Source: Phoronis australis (Eukaryota; Animalia; Phoronida). From it: DNA of 64,000 nt. Position 1 is the first letter of the stretch; each line of letters begins with the position of its first letter. A model generated the notes under the pieces. That model saw only the letters and a list, made by a program, of their open reading frames with translations, was not told the origin of the DNA and made no database searches. The position numbers and the translations under genes were made by a program. Location of the stretch: NCBI GenBank assembly GCA_002633005.1, contig NMRA01000099.1:823633-887632 (forward strand), read 5' to 3'. This document shows, piece after piece, positions 53,071-64,000 of the stretch.

Positions 53071-53572
53071 CCATGGACATGTAGTCGGAGAATTATATTT
53101 TCAGGCATTTCAGTAACTCCAAATAAACGCCCAGGCTTTTATTCGGAAAGGGGGAGGGCGTGTGAACGGAAAGCTGCTGTGAAAATATCAGCGTTTTTTG
53201 CATAAAACTTTTTTTTTATTTTTAAGCTGTAAATACCAAGTTCGCCAGGACTTCTTTTTTGTTAATGAATGATATATGCTGCACAAAACGGAATTTGCGA
53301 CTACAAACTGACACTGAATGGACTTTTAAAATGAAATTTTCCGAATAAACGTCCCAATATCTGAAACCCGAAGTTGTAACACCCTGGACATGGGCGGATT
53401 GGCTGGGATTTCTGCGGAAATTGACCTATTGCCAGGATTACGACTGACGGCTTAACTGACCAATCAGAACGCAGCATTCTGGACACACCTTCGTCTGCGT
53501 TTCCAAGCCGCCATTTTACCCGACAAACAGCACACAGTCGAGTAAAATTTACTTTAGTCTATAGCGCTAAGA

Positions 53573-53730
53573 ATGGTGAAACGGTGTTGATATGGCGTGA
53601 ATAATTCCGACAGCCGTTATGCTGCTCCAGAATAATATCCCGTCATTTTTTGTCATCTCCTAAGCCGAAAAATGATGTCGAAAGGCGTAAACTATAGATC
53701 AAACTGTGTGAACGGTCACACGAGCAGCAA
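53573..53730 (+). pseudogene. decayed THAP-like N-terminal exon
   Basis: MVKRC*YGVNNSDSRY...(frameshift)PKPKNDVERRKL*IKLCERSHEQ fits the THAP pattern C..C...FPKP...W. Upstream CCAATCAG and GCCGCCATTTT promoter-like motifs. Confidence 0.6.
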
Positions 53731-54620
53731 TGTTGATTGATTACTCGAAGGCTACGTCTGGCCGCCTTTGTCACGGCACTACCTGCTGGATTTCAGCACT
53801 AGTCTAGCGGTAGTCCCCGGAAATTGCTGTTTTCACGGAAATTTTTATTTTATTTATTTCGACCTAATAGACATCATTTTGTTTCGTATCAGAGGTATAT
53901 TTTTGTTATCCATATACCCGTAGGCTGGCGTTCAACTTAACTTCTCTCCCGGCCACAATTTAGAGATTCGATCGGCACAGGGAGGGGCACTGGATTACTG
54001 AACTCTAAGCCTTGCTCGATCTGTTGTCACGAAAAAATAAACAGTTGAATTACGTTTTGATGTGGACCTAGTATACGCTACGCCCGTAGAGTTAATAGAG
54101 AGAGCTCATTTTGAAGTTGTTTAAACATGATATTTAGATTTATGAAGCTTTAAAAAAGAATTTGAGTTATTTTTGTAAATACCCTATTTTGCCACTACCA
54201 CCAAACCAAACTCATGTGCTTAGTCTAAAAAATCTATGATTTGGGGTATAAAGACAACCTGCTGGTTTTTATATGGGTCACTCTTTTAAAAATCGTTAGT
54301 CACGTCTGCACATTCAGTAGACTTTGTGAGGTATATCAAACTTGCTCCAAATCTATGAGGATGGACAGCAAAGGTTACACGATATACTTTCACTCATAAA
54401 AATTAAGGAGGGTAGTCGTAATTTTATTCTGCTAATAAACCAATACAGAGTTTAGTATCCCTTTAAAACAGGGTCGTCCTTGACATTCTGTGAAGAAATG
54501 GGGAAATAAGAAACTTTCTCTAGTCATTGATAATCTTCAAGAAACGCTGCCGAGTTTAAAATCAATAGTATAGTGAGTCGTTGTCCTGACCGATGGCCAA
54601 GGGTCAATCCAGACGTGATG

Positions 54621-55107
54621 TGTTACGTACCACAGTGTAGTAGAGGCAACGAGTTTTCAAACAAGTAATCACAGCAACAAACTACAATCTAAACTACAAG
54701 AAAACAACGTTACAAGCCGGTGGGTGAGGAATTGAGTAAGTTCAGAGTCCTGATGATAACACAACGTCGCTGCCTAGAGTTCAGTGTCCTGACGATAACA
54801 CAAGGTCGCTGACGAGAGTTCGGAGTCCTGACGATAACACAACGTCGCTGACGAGAGCTGGCGGGCGGGGCTTTATTGATAAACACTTACAGAGCAGTCA
54901 ACTGAATTCAGAAACCTCCATAGCATTACTGACGAAAGCTGGTGGCCGAAAGCTCCATGGAGAGTTGCATGTAAAACAGTCCGCTGTCCAAACCACCTCC
55001 TCAGGCTACTGCCTCAAAAACCGCCCCCAACACGTGACTCACACCGGATATATATCCAACTTCCAGGTCCACCTATTGATGGCAGCTGAACTAAAGAATA
55101 CATGACA
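54621..55107 (-). mobile_element. solo LTR nested in the left Polinton TIR
   Basis: TGTTACGTA...TACATGACA termini. Flanks GATG / GACA are both explained by CpG decay of GACG, the sequence at the empty site in the right arm. On the minus strand a TATA-like run (~55050) precedes AATAAA (~54875). Contains three copies of a 39-bp repeat (54738-54857). Confidence 0.75.
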
Positions 55108-55292
55108 GACACCATCCCCGAACCGGAAGGAAGTGACAATGACATCACAGGTCATTGCGTAACAGGTCAAATCGGATTTCATCCAAGGTCAAGGTCATGC
55201 GTGTAACCGGTAATTCTTGGAAAACCGCAACAAAGTGAAAACGAGGTCATAATCGAATCGGAAGTCACGTGACTGTTGACATCATCAGATAG

Positions 55293-55435
55293 CAGTGGCG
55301 GATTTAGGGGGAAGGGCAAGGAGCCATGGCCCCCCTAAAATTCTTCCAGATTCCATTTAGCAGTTCGGGGGTGCGAATGTTTGAGGAACAAAATGCTGGC
55401 TAATACTCTGCCCTGNCACCCTGGATCCGCTCCTG
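55293..55435. mobile_element. CAGTGGCGGAT MITE nested in the left Polinton TIR
   Basis: TIR CAGTGGCGGAT / ATCCGCTCCTG. Flanks GATAG / GGTAG. Absent from the right arm. Confidence 0.8.
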
Positions 55436-58400
55436 GGTAGGTAGGGCATGGCACCGTGCACCATGCGAAAGTTCTGACAAAAGACGTTATTTTGAATACG
55501 TTCAAAAAGGGTTGAAGAGTTCAACTACCGAGAGTAGGTACAAAAAGTAGATTCCGTTATTTTGTATACTGAGTGGAAACAAAAGGTTGATTACCTTATA
55601 CTGCGTGCGCTACGAGTCGTCGTGATTGCTGTATAAAAGTTATCGCCCTTAGTGTTCTCTCTCTAATCTCTCAACAACAGATGTCACGTATACCTAACCC
55701 ATTAAAGGAACTAGACTAATGAGGAAACATCGGGAACGACATAAGATAGAAAAGACACCTTTTTATGTTTAACCGTTTATTAATAACAAAGTACATTGTA
55801 ACACGCTACAAAAATCATCAAGACGTTCAGACTCAATTATCCGTACAAGAAATAATTTTATTAAATGTCCAAACTCCAACATTATGTTCAAAGGCCCAGT
55901 AGTGACACCGTCTTCGGTTCGAGCATCTGTCTTTTCGGATAAAAATAGATGAATACATTGCATGCTTTTTCGTCAACTTGCGTGCAAATCCTGTTAACAT
56001 AAGATTTGACTGAGGCAGTGCATTTTTCGCTGTCTACGCGAGAAGAGAAACACGAACCGGACTACACATGCTTCACATTAATAGCGTGCTGGATTACATA
56101 AATTTTACTTACATACGTTTTACATAAAGACTGGACAGACATATACCTTTCTTAATGCTGGGTCAATTAAGAACATTTGGAACCAAACAGGCAGTGAGAA
56201 GAAACCTATCGTTATTTAAGCATTTTGATAACGAAGGGCATTCTAATACATCGTTACAAAAATCCTCAAATCGTTCAGTCAGTTATCCGTACAGCTTATA
56301 ATTTAATTAGATACTGGATCGCACATGTTTGTCTGAGCGAACGATCAGTCGGAACGAGTCCACGACGTCTTAATTATTATCTATTAAAACTGGTTTGCTT
56401 CCCACAGGCCCCTTGGTAGGGTACTTTTAATAGTCAGCTGGATAGACACTTACGTACGGCCCGATGCACTCATATAATCCACCGAATTTTCTAAAAAAAA
56501 GAATTGTCATACTTCAGTGCTGTACAGAGCGGCATAGCCACAACAGACTGAGATAATGAAGCCCCTCTGGATTCTTTCAAACTAAGACTAATGAGCTATA
56601 CCAAGGTAAATCCAGCTTTAGCTGCAAGGGGGTACAACGACAGAGAAACGAGATCGATAAGGAGAGATACCTCAAAGTGTTGCGGACCCCGAAGAGCACC
56701 GGTAGCTCGGCACGGAACAATGGTTTTCGGTTAGATGGCGAAAGCATCATGTATACCTATTTTCAAGAAATGTGTGCATTCAACAATTTTTATCCGAAAA
56801 GACAGGTACTCGAAGACGATGTTACCACTGGACTTTTGAACTTTAATTAATGCGGGACGGATAATGGTGTCTGAACGCCTTGATGACTTTTGTAGTGTGC
56901 TAGAATGTACTTTGTTATTAATACACAGTTTAACATGAAAGAAGAAGTCTCCTCCGTCTTAGGTGGTCACAATATCTCTTTATTAGTCTAGTCCCTTCAA
57001 TGGGTTAAGCATACGCGACATCTGTTGTTGAGAGATGAGAGAGAGAACAAACGGCCATAACTTATACAACGTCCACGACTTCACGTGGCGCACGCAAAAT
57101 AAGGTAACCAACCTTTTATTCCCACTCAGTACGCAGCATAACGGGATCCTCTTTTTGTTCCTACTCTCGGTCAGTTGAATTCTACAATCCCATTTGAACG
57201 TATTCAAAATAACGGTTTTTGTGTCACAACTTCCTTGTGGTGGTCGGTGCCACGCCCTACTTACATGATGATGTCAGCAGTCACGTGACTTCCGATTTGA
57301 TTATGACCTTGTTTTCACTTTCTTTCGGTTTTCCAACAACTTCTGGTTACACGCATGACCTTGACCTTGGATAGAGGTCCCTCTCCAACAGGAACCCATG
57401 ACGTCACTTTCGGGTCCCATTTGACCTATTACGAAATGACCTGTGACGTCATTGTCATTTCCTTCCGGTTTCCGGATGACGTCCCTCCCAAACAGGTCAC
57501 GAAAACGACTCACTATACTACTATCAATTCCAGTGAAAATGATCCAAGTCAACTTGCTAACCAACTGGAAAATCAGTGATTAAGGTCAAAGATTCCTCTT
57601 TGACAATATGACATAGTCTACTTCACAACTTCCATTTGTATTAATAAAAGTAATTTTACCCGTTTCTCTATCACTACCACTGCGACCATTTGAAATTCTA
57701 ATTCTACAACAATAACTCACGACCGCAATTACTACACTAGTTCTCCTGGGACACTCGCGGTGGTATCCATGCGTCATACTCACATTCCATATCACTTAGG
57801 TTACTTCCACAAAATGGCACTACGACTCGTTGTTAACAAAATCGTTAAATGTAGTAGTTTTTCGCGAATCAGTTGAAATCGCCACACAACATAACTATTA
57901 TGTAAGTTGTGGGATTTAAAGTGCACAATAAAGGATCTAATTTCGTCGAAGACTGGTTCACATGAGCGAGTGGAATCCTGAAAAAATACATAGATGTAGA
58001 TTTGGAATATTTTACCAGCAGCAAATAATGTTTTCCAAAACGGAAGTAATTTCAGTTACATCAACAGACACTCCATTTTGTCAAAATCAGCACACCTAGC
58101 TTCTCCTTCCACGTTTTCGTTTCATTCTTACTTCGTTGAAGCTCAGTGGTTGATCTACGGGGGGGGGGGGGGTTCAGGGAGTTNGCCCCCCCACCCCTTG
58201 GACAGCATAAAAAAAATTAAGGAAAAAACGTCGCCACCAAAACGAAAACGGCACCGCCAGCGTGGGTAAACCCGGTCTATAGCAGGAATGAACCCGAGGG
58301 GAGCAATCACACTGTCAAGGTGACCGCATTCGAGAATAGTATCCAGTACCAGATATTGCGGGTAGGCTGTACTTTATCAGCAAGTCTTGTGGGACTTGCG

Positions 58401-58589
58401 CGGCGTTCAAGAGCTAGGCCTCCTAAATATCTGTTTCAGTCCCGCAACGAGCCCTGGTTCCGACCTCAGCTCTGACCGTTTTCCTACCCGCAATAAGCAT
58501 CATTGCCGGTAATGGCCTATCGCAAGCTCCGCCCCTATGCGAAAAGTCACGTGATACCCGACAAAAGAACAAGATGTCAGAGGCAAATA

Positions 58590-58843
58590 CACTATCGCTT
58601 AACGACGTCCCTGGTGGAATCGATGACTGTTTTTGCACTATTTGAAAACACTTCGGCAAAGACAACAGGCAATGCTTTTCAGCAGAGAATGGTACGTTCA
58701 TGATACGGGAATTTATAAAGATGTCGATGAAAATATAAGTGTCCAAGGAACCAGCGAAAATCCGAAGAACCCCACGGGTTTCACATTCACCTGACAAAGA
58801 CAAGGCCACTGATGCAATATTTGTATGTTCATGTAAAGCTGGG
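58590..58843 (+). pseudogene. decayed SWIM zinc-finger exon (transposon-type, YqaJ-associated-like)
   Basis: Across frameshifts it reads SLNDVP..., EWYVHD..., QRKSEEPHGFHIHL..., AIFVCSCKAG|GTATGT, i.e. a CxC half of a SWIM motif followed by a splice donor. Confidence 0.55.
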
Positions 58844-60569
58844 TATGTACCTTAAAGTCAAATTATCTGTACGATCCCATAGATTTCAGCATCTTTTGAA
58901 CAAAATCAGCGAAGATTCACCGATGTTTCTATTCTGTCGTCTGCTAAATTTCCCCAAATGAAAAGTAGGTCACAACTGGTGGGACTCCCAGAGTAAAGTA
59001 GGTTATAGATTACAGGCAACACATGTACTATAGTCTCTGAGTAGGTCGAGTCGATAGCACTGTTTACGCTTTTCTAATCTTGTAATGAAATATTTTGATT
59101 AAAAAAAACACTCATCTCGTCCTAGACAAACAGTTAGCTCCGGTAGGTCTAGGGCTGTGTCTAAGTCAAATTAATGCCTGGAACAAGCCGTTTGCACCAA
59201 TAAGACATTTAAGTTAGGCCTATCTTCTGATGAACTTCGCATTTTTTTGTAGTTTCATTGCTTAAAGGTAGCTTTCATTTATGATCACTAAGCTGTAGAA
59301 AAATTGAATGAAATGAAATGTTGAAGTCAATACCTCGCTCAAAATTTCTGTAAGATCTTGGGTGTTAAGGACACAGACACGTTCTGTTTGGGTGAAAACC
59401 GAGACCAAATTCTCTTCAGGGAACACATACGATTTCACTCCACGACTGGTCCTGCTCAGTCACAAAATTACATATCGTGGCTAGTATACGAGCCCATGCT
59501 CTGCCACTGGCCTTGATTTATGCGATACTTTCCAGCATCTCTGATGATCTGTGTCTTTAGCATGACTGACTAAAGCCACAAAGCTTTTGTGATCGCATTT
59601 GTTTGATAATTTTAGTGAAAATTCTCTAAACGATCAGAAACCGCCTTCGTTCTTCATTTTGTCTTTAAGAACACGATCCTCAAAACCAGTTTTTACAAAT
59701 AACAGTTTTTACAAATTCAAACTTCAAAGGGATTAATTTCCATTGAGTTGACCTGAAATTGTCAAATATATGACAAGGAAAGAAAACAAAAGGTTACATG
59801 TACAATTTTTCTATATATCCTCGAACCTAATGTCAAATGACGCATTGGGCAAAGGTCAGTTTTCATACTGATCACGTAATACATCTAGAAAACAACTCGT
59901 TTACATTTGAAAGACCTTAGACTTGATTTTTATAACAACTTAAAGCAGATTTCTTGTTCAGTTTGTCTGTAATCTTTGCTCATCGTTTCCAAAATCGACA
60001 GTTGTGCAAGACAATTTTCCCTAAATGTTAAGTTGAGACAAGATATTTTTTGGTCAGACATCAAGATTTCCTCCTTAGCTTTATGTTTAAAAAGTTACAT
60101 AAAGCTACAAGGTGCAAAATGGCAGTAAAAGGGTCACATAAGCGACCACTGAAATTAGCTAGGAAAAGTGGTCTGTGGATTATCTCCCCTGTCTAGCACA
60201 AAGCCATCCAATTTGAGTAAATCCAAACAAATATTTACAATATACATTGGTTATTCCAGCCACCAAAGTACAACTTTCAATCTATTTTGTAAGTTACTTA
60301 TTTTCTTTGTTGAAAACATACAATTTTGGAGATGGCTAATATAATCCATTGCGGTCTAGTGCTCCAGCGGCGAAGTTAGGGGTCATTGAGTGCACAAAAT
60401 GTGGCATTTAGATTTTTGTTAGGATACCTATCCATGTACAAAAATGAAGTTGATTTGAATTTTGTCGTTTTTATTTGGACCGACTCTTAAGCGATTACAC
60501 GACGAATGTTATGAAAGACCGCCCACCAAGTACCATATGAATTGATGACCGTGTCTTAGCTTAATAAGG

Positions 60570-60981
60570 AGCCGACCAGCCTCCAGTTCAGTACAGCTCG
60601 GACCTCGCTAAAACTTGAAGCAAGACTTCGCAAGATTACACAACATATTTTCGGGTATTTTAAATGAGAACACGTGACATTGGCTAGATTTCAGCTAGGA
60701 CCTAGAGTAGGTCCTAGCGTTAGGCTACTGAACGCACGCCATGATTAGCAGACGACGTACTTGCAGGAAATGAAACCAGATAATTTGGCCAGCCTCCCGT
60801 TCAGTAACGCTAGGACCTAGTTTAAAAGCAAGACTTTGCGAGATTACGCGAGATATTGCCCTGTATTTCAAATAAGAGCACGTGACCTTGGCTAGCTTTT
60901 GGCTAGGTCCTAGCGTAGGTCCTAGCGTAGGTCCTAGCGTAGGTCCTAGCGTAGGTCCTAGCGTCTACTGAACGCACGCCA
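60570..60981 (+). repeat. two adjacent copies of a ~180-bp MITE; the second has (TAGGTCCTAGCG)x5
   Basis: 60570-60741 and 60787-60981 share GTTCAGTA...TACTGAAC inverted ends and internal sequence. Confidence 0.75.
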
Positions 60982-61169
60982 GGTGTCGATGGTGAATAAT
61001 GACGTCATTGCTTCTGTAAGAGCACAGATTTCGTCCATTGAAAGTGTACGGAGTTGGCGGTCCATGTACTATAGTCTATGGTTTCACATATTGTGTTCTA
61101 AAGGAATCTACTGCAAATAATGTTCTTTGGCATATAACTTCCGACATATCTGGTATTATACTATCGCAT

Positions 61170-61832
61170 AATACACAAAACGTACAGAGAGTGGCGTAAA
61201 TGAAGTAATATATCATGAGACATTATTCTGCGTATCGACCGAGACCGAAGGTCGAGGTCGACATTGACCTACCTTTTGAACTTTCCATGTCAGAGGTCAC
61301 TGTTGAAGTAGTGCGAGAGATGAATACGGGAAACAGTATTACATGGCCGTATTGCACTCGACAGATTCAACGCGTATGGAATAAATCTTGTTATTATACG
61401 TAATCTAGTATAGTCCTACATTGATGTATTTTGCCATGTTAGGCCCATATATTTGATATTTAGTCAACTTAGTCTTACATTTTTGTTTTATTTTTGTAAC
61501 TTAAGTCTTAGTCTTACGCTCCTTTATTTTCTCGTATTGTAGATTCACGGTTACTGCATCAGTGGATAATAAAGTTCTTTAAAGTCAAACCCTCGTCACT
61601 TAATTCGAATATTCCTCGCGAAGTTAACAAGCACGTCGTATGCATACACAAAACGTACCGAGACTGGCGTACATGAAGTAATATCCCACGAGACATCCGT
61701 ATTCCGACATTGACTTATCTTTTGAACCTTCCATTTCAAAGATCAATGTTGAAGTAGTGCGGCGGATGAATACGAAAAACAGTTTTACATGGCCGTACTG
61801 CTCTCGACTGATTCAATGCTTATGGGATAAAG
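61170..61832 (+). repeat. diverged direct repeat pair (61170-61390, 61643-61832)
   Basis: Shared atacacaaaacgtac...ggcgta.atgaagtaat...gttgaagtagtgcg...tacatggccgta. Same family as 14055-14712. Confidence 0.8.
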
Positions 61833-61869
61833 ATCTCGGTGAGTTCATTGCTGGTCACAATGAAATATT

Positions 61870-62510
61870 AAAAGCATTCGCCTTGGATGTCTAGCTGCAA
61901 ACATATCTATGACACCATTTACCGAAATGTCTGTGTGTATGAAAAGGCGAGTCAAAGCATTAACTCTGTCTTCGCCCATGGTGCTTCAGAACGGGCTTTT
62001 TCACAAAACTCGATATAAAATTTGCTTGTTCTACGCTCGAAGCCGTGACGGATATCAATAGTTGCAGATTCAACACCTTGGAATTAGCTATGGACATGAA
62101 CTTTGATCCAAGAGTGTAGCAGTGAAGTTGTCGGGCTTGACTCTTGTGTTCGTCCATAGTTGCACCCACACCTGAACTTCATGGTGTAAAATGGTAGGAG
62201 ACGGAAAGTCATCGTTGTAACAGTTCATCAGCTGCTTTGCTCTCTTCTCGAAGGTTATATGGTATTAGACGGAGTCCCTTTACTGCTTCATTTGTTAGAA
62301 GAGTAAACCGCATGCCAAGCTGTTGTAGACCATCCACGAATGGAATGTAGAAGGCTCGCTTGAAGTACCCTTTGGTCTCTATTGGGGGAACGTTGTTTCT
62401 TTGCGTTTGCTTTGCGCATCTTCTGGGAGGCTCAAGAGGAATGTGTGCTTTGCCTGCCATAGCTACCATCTTGTCGTACACAATGTCATTCCACGTCATT
62501 TGTCGACAAG
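61870..62510 (-). pseudogene. hAT transposase C-terminal remnant (THAP12/PRKRIR-ZMYM1-like, hATC dimerisation domain)
   Basis: Reads PRRCAKQTQRNNVP...YFKRAFYIPFVD..., then SVTASSVEQANF and STMGEDRVNALTRLFIHTDISVNGVIDMFAARHPRRM, broken by frameshifts. Confidence 0.88.
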
Positions 62511-62773
62511 CCAATTATCCTATAAAATGCGTTGGGTGTACTCAATCGCCTATAATAAGCTACGGCTAGACTGCGCAAGGACGGTGTACTCACCCAGGAC
62601 AATAATTGTGAAAGCCCCGTATGCTGTTCTTATATGTGAGCATGCGCATTCCACAGTTCATAGTTTCCTGTACATTTTTCTTATTTACAACATATTATGG
62701 CTGTGGTGAGTTGTTGCCGAGATATTTGAACATTTACGCAAGTTTTATCGTGGCTGGTGCCAAACGTGGTAAG

Positions 62774-63085
62774 ATGACTGTTGACCAGTTTCTCGAGGAA
62801 GTGTTCATGGACTCAGATAGTGAAAACGAGCTGGAATTGGCACTCGAAAGTGACGGTGACAGTGACGGGGAAACTAATACAACACTCAACAGTCACAAGT
62901 AATGCAGATTCTATCGATTCGGATCTCAGTGCAATTTCGAAGGAGTTACCGGTCCCTGAAGCTGAACTTGGAGGGACTTACGACGATGCTTGGCTCACGC
63001 CCTTCGCGCATACTACGCACAGAGCCTCTGAAACATGATGGAACTCATTCAGAACTAGATATTTTCGTGACTTTTTCACGGAATA
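62774..63085 (+). pseudogene. possible piggyBac-like transposase N-terminal remnant
   Basis: Acidic MTVDQFLEEVFMDSDSENE... followed across frameshifts by WLTPF... and SELDIF..F, resembling piggyBac N-termini. No TTAA-CCC terminus was seen. Confidence 0.4.
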
Positions 63086-63489
63086 GCTTTGTGTTCCCAC
63101 CCCTGTTTCACGTTTTTGCACACCAAGGTGAACAGACTTTAGCAAGCGACTGCACCAGTCATAAATTTGTTATCGTGCAAAGTTAAATGTTAAAAACTGT
63201 ACATTCTTGTTTCTATATGTGATGTTGCAGACAATAAATCTGCTTTAGTAAACATGCAAGTCCCATGAATTCCCTTTTAAAAATGCTTATTACGGTTTTT
63301 GAGTGTCAGCTATAATGTTCTCATGTGCGAAAACAGATAAAAACAAAGGGTGTCCAGTTTGAAAGTTTATAGAGTTATTTACACGGCTATGGTAAAGATA
63401 TGTATATGGTGAAAATCTCCATTAAATTCTGAACAACTTTTGTGCAGACTACTTTTATCTGAAGTTCACACTACCCCTTCAAATTTCCA

Positions 63490-64000
63490 ATTTAAAAATG
63501 TTAGGTCATCAATCGGAGTGACCTTCATAACAGCTCAGTGCACAGCAGCAGTGGTGACCTACTTAGCTCAGCGCACAGGGAAAGTTGTCCGAATAGAGGC
63601 TTAGCTGGATAAGGGAAGCTGTGGTGTGCCAGTTGCCTATTGAGACTTGGATTACACCAACTGATATCTAGAGCCTTGCGAATTTTCAGCTCCCTTGTTG
63701 TTTCTGCTTGTTCTATTATAACAAAGTAATTGAAAAAGCATTGCTCGTAACAATGATTGGAGCTCGAGGTGCGAATCATTTTAACTCACACAGGTAACAA
63801 TATGAAAGAGCACAAAACGGCAGTTTAATAGTTTTGGTTACTTGAGACAGAGCCAATGAGGGTTTGCACAGGGTGGGTGGGTATTATTGATGGTGATCGG
63901 GAGATGTAATTTTCCCCTCCCAAAAATCCTCATCTCAGAAGGCGCAGACACCTTTCTCTTCGGATGAACGAGGGCCCTGTAATCTCTCATAACGTGTTTT
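63490..64000 (-). mobile_element. Penelope-like retroelement 3' remnant
   Basis: The minus frame reads FVIIEQAETTRELKIRKALDISWCNPSLNRQL, matching the C-terminal GIY-YIG motif F.IL...LKIKEAL.I....PSLN.Q. Probably continues beyond the window. Confidence 0.7.

Larger units (their letters stand above)
54567..57522. mobile_element. non-autonomous Polinton/Maverick-like element
   Basis: Perfect 6-bp TSD ATCAAT (54561-54566 and 57523-57528). Termini AGTATAGTGAGTCG / CGACTCACTATACTACT. Diverged TIRs of ~750 bp (left arm to ~55975 once two insertions are removed; right arm from ~56765). No recognisable ORF in the core. Confidence 0.8.

Noticed and set aside
57505-57517. ACGACTCACTATA resembles the T7 promoter (possible vector contamination)
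   Set aside because: It lacks the TAAT prefix and the G start, and it is mirrored at 54567-54581 as the terminus of a TIR element with a TSD.

Overview
This is eukaryotic, AT-rich, intron- and transposon-rich DNA, most likely from a marine invertebrate; the species cannot be fixed from the sequence alone. Two host genes sit head-to-head about 1.8 kb apart. On the minus strand is the first coding exon of a Mondo-family (MLXIP/MLXIPL, MondoA/ChREBP) transcription factor, whose first intron apparently runs off the left edge. On the plus strand is a complete four-coding-exon phosphoserine phosphatase (PSPH, 223 aa; exons 21042-21178, 22127-22261, 27219-27364, 28422-28675). The rest is largely decayed mobile elements. 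The most distinctive is a ~2.96 kb non-autonomous Polinton/Maverick-like element (54567-57522) with a perfect 6-bp TSD, AGT-repeat termini and ~0.75 kb TIRs, carrying a nested solo LTR and a MITE. Also present are a TTAA-flanked Kolobok-like deletion derivative, several hAT-like elements with 5-bp TSDs, a three-copy element carrying a tRNA-like unit, and Penelope fragments with candidate variant hammerhead ribozymes. There are decayed THAP, SWIM, hAT and piggyBac-like coding remnants and an apparent empty/filled allele pair joined at an N. Most ORFs in the supplied track are spurious. All family assignments were made by eye, with no database search.
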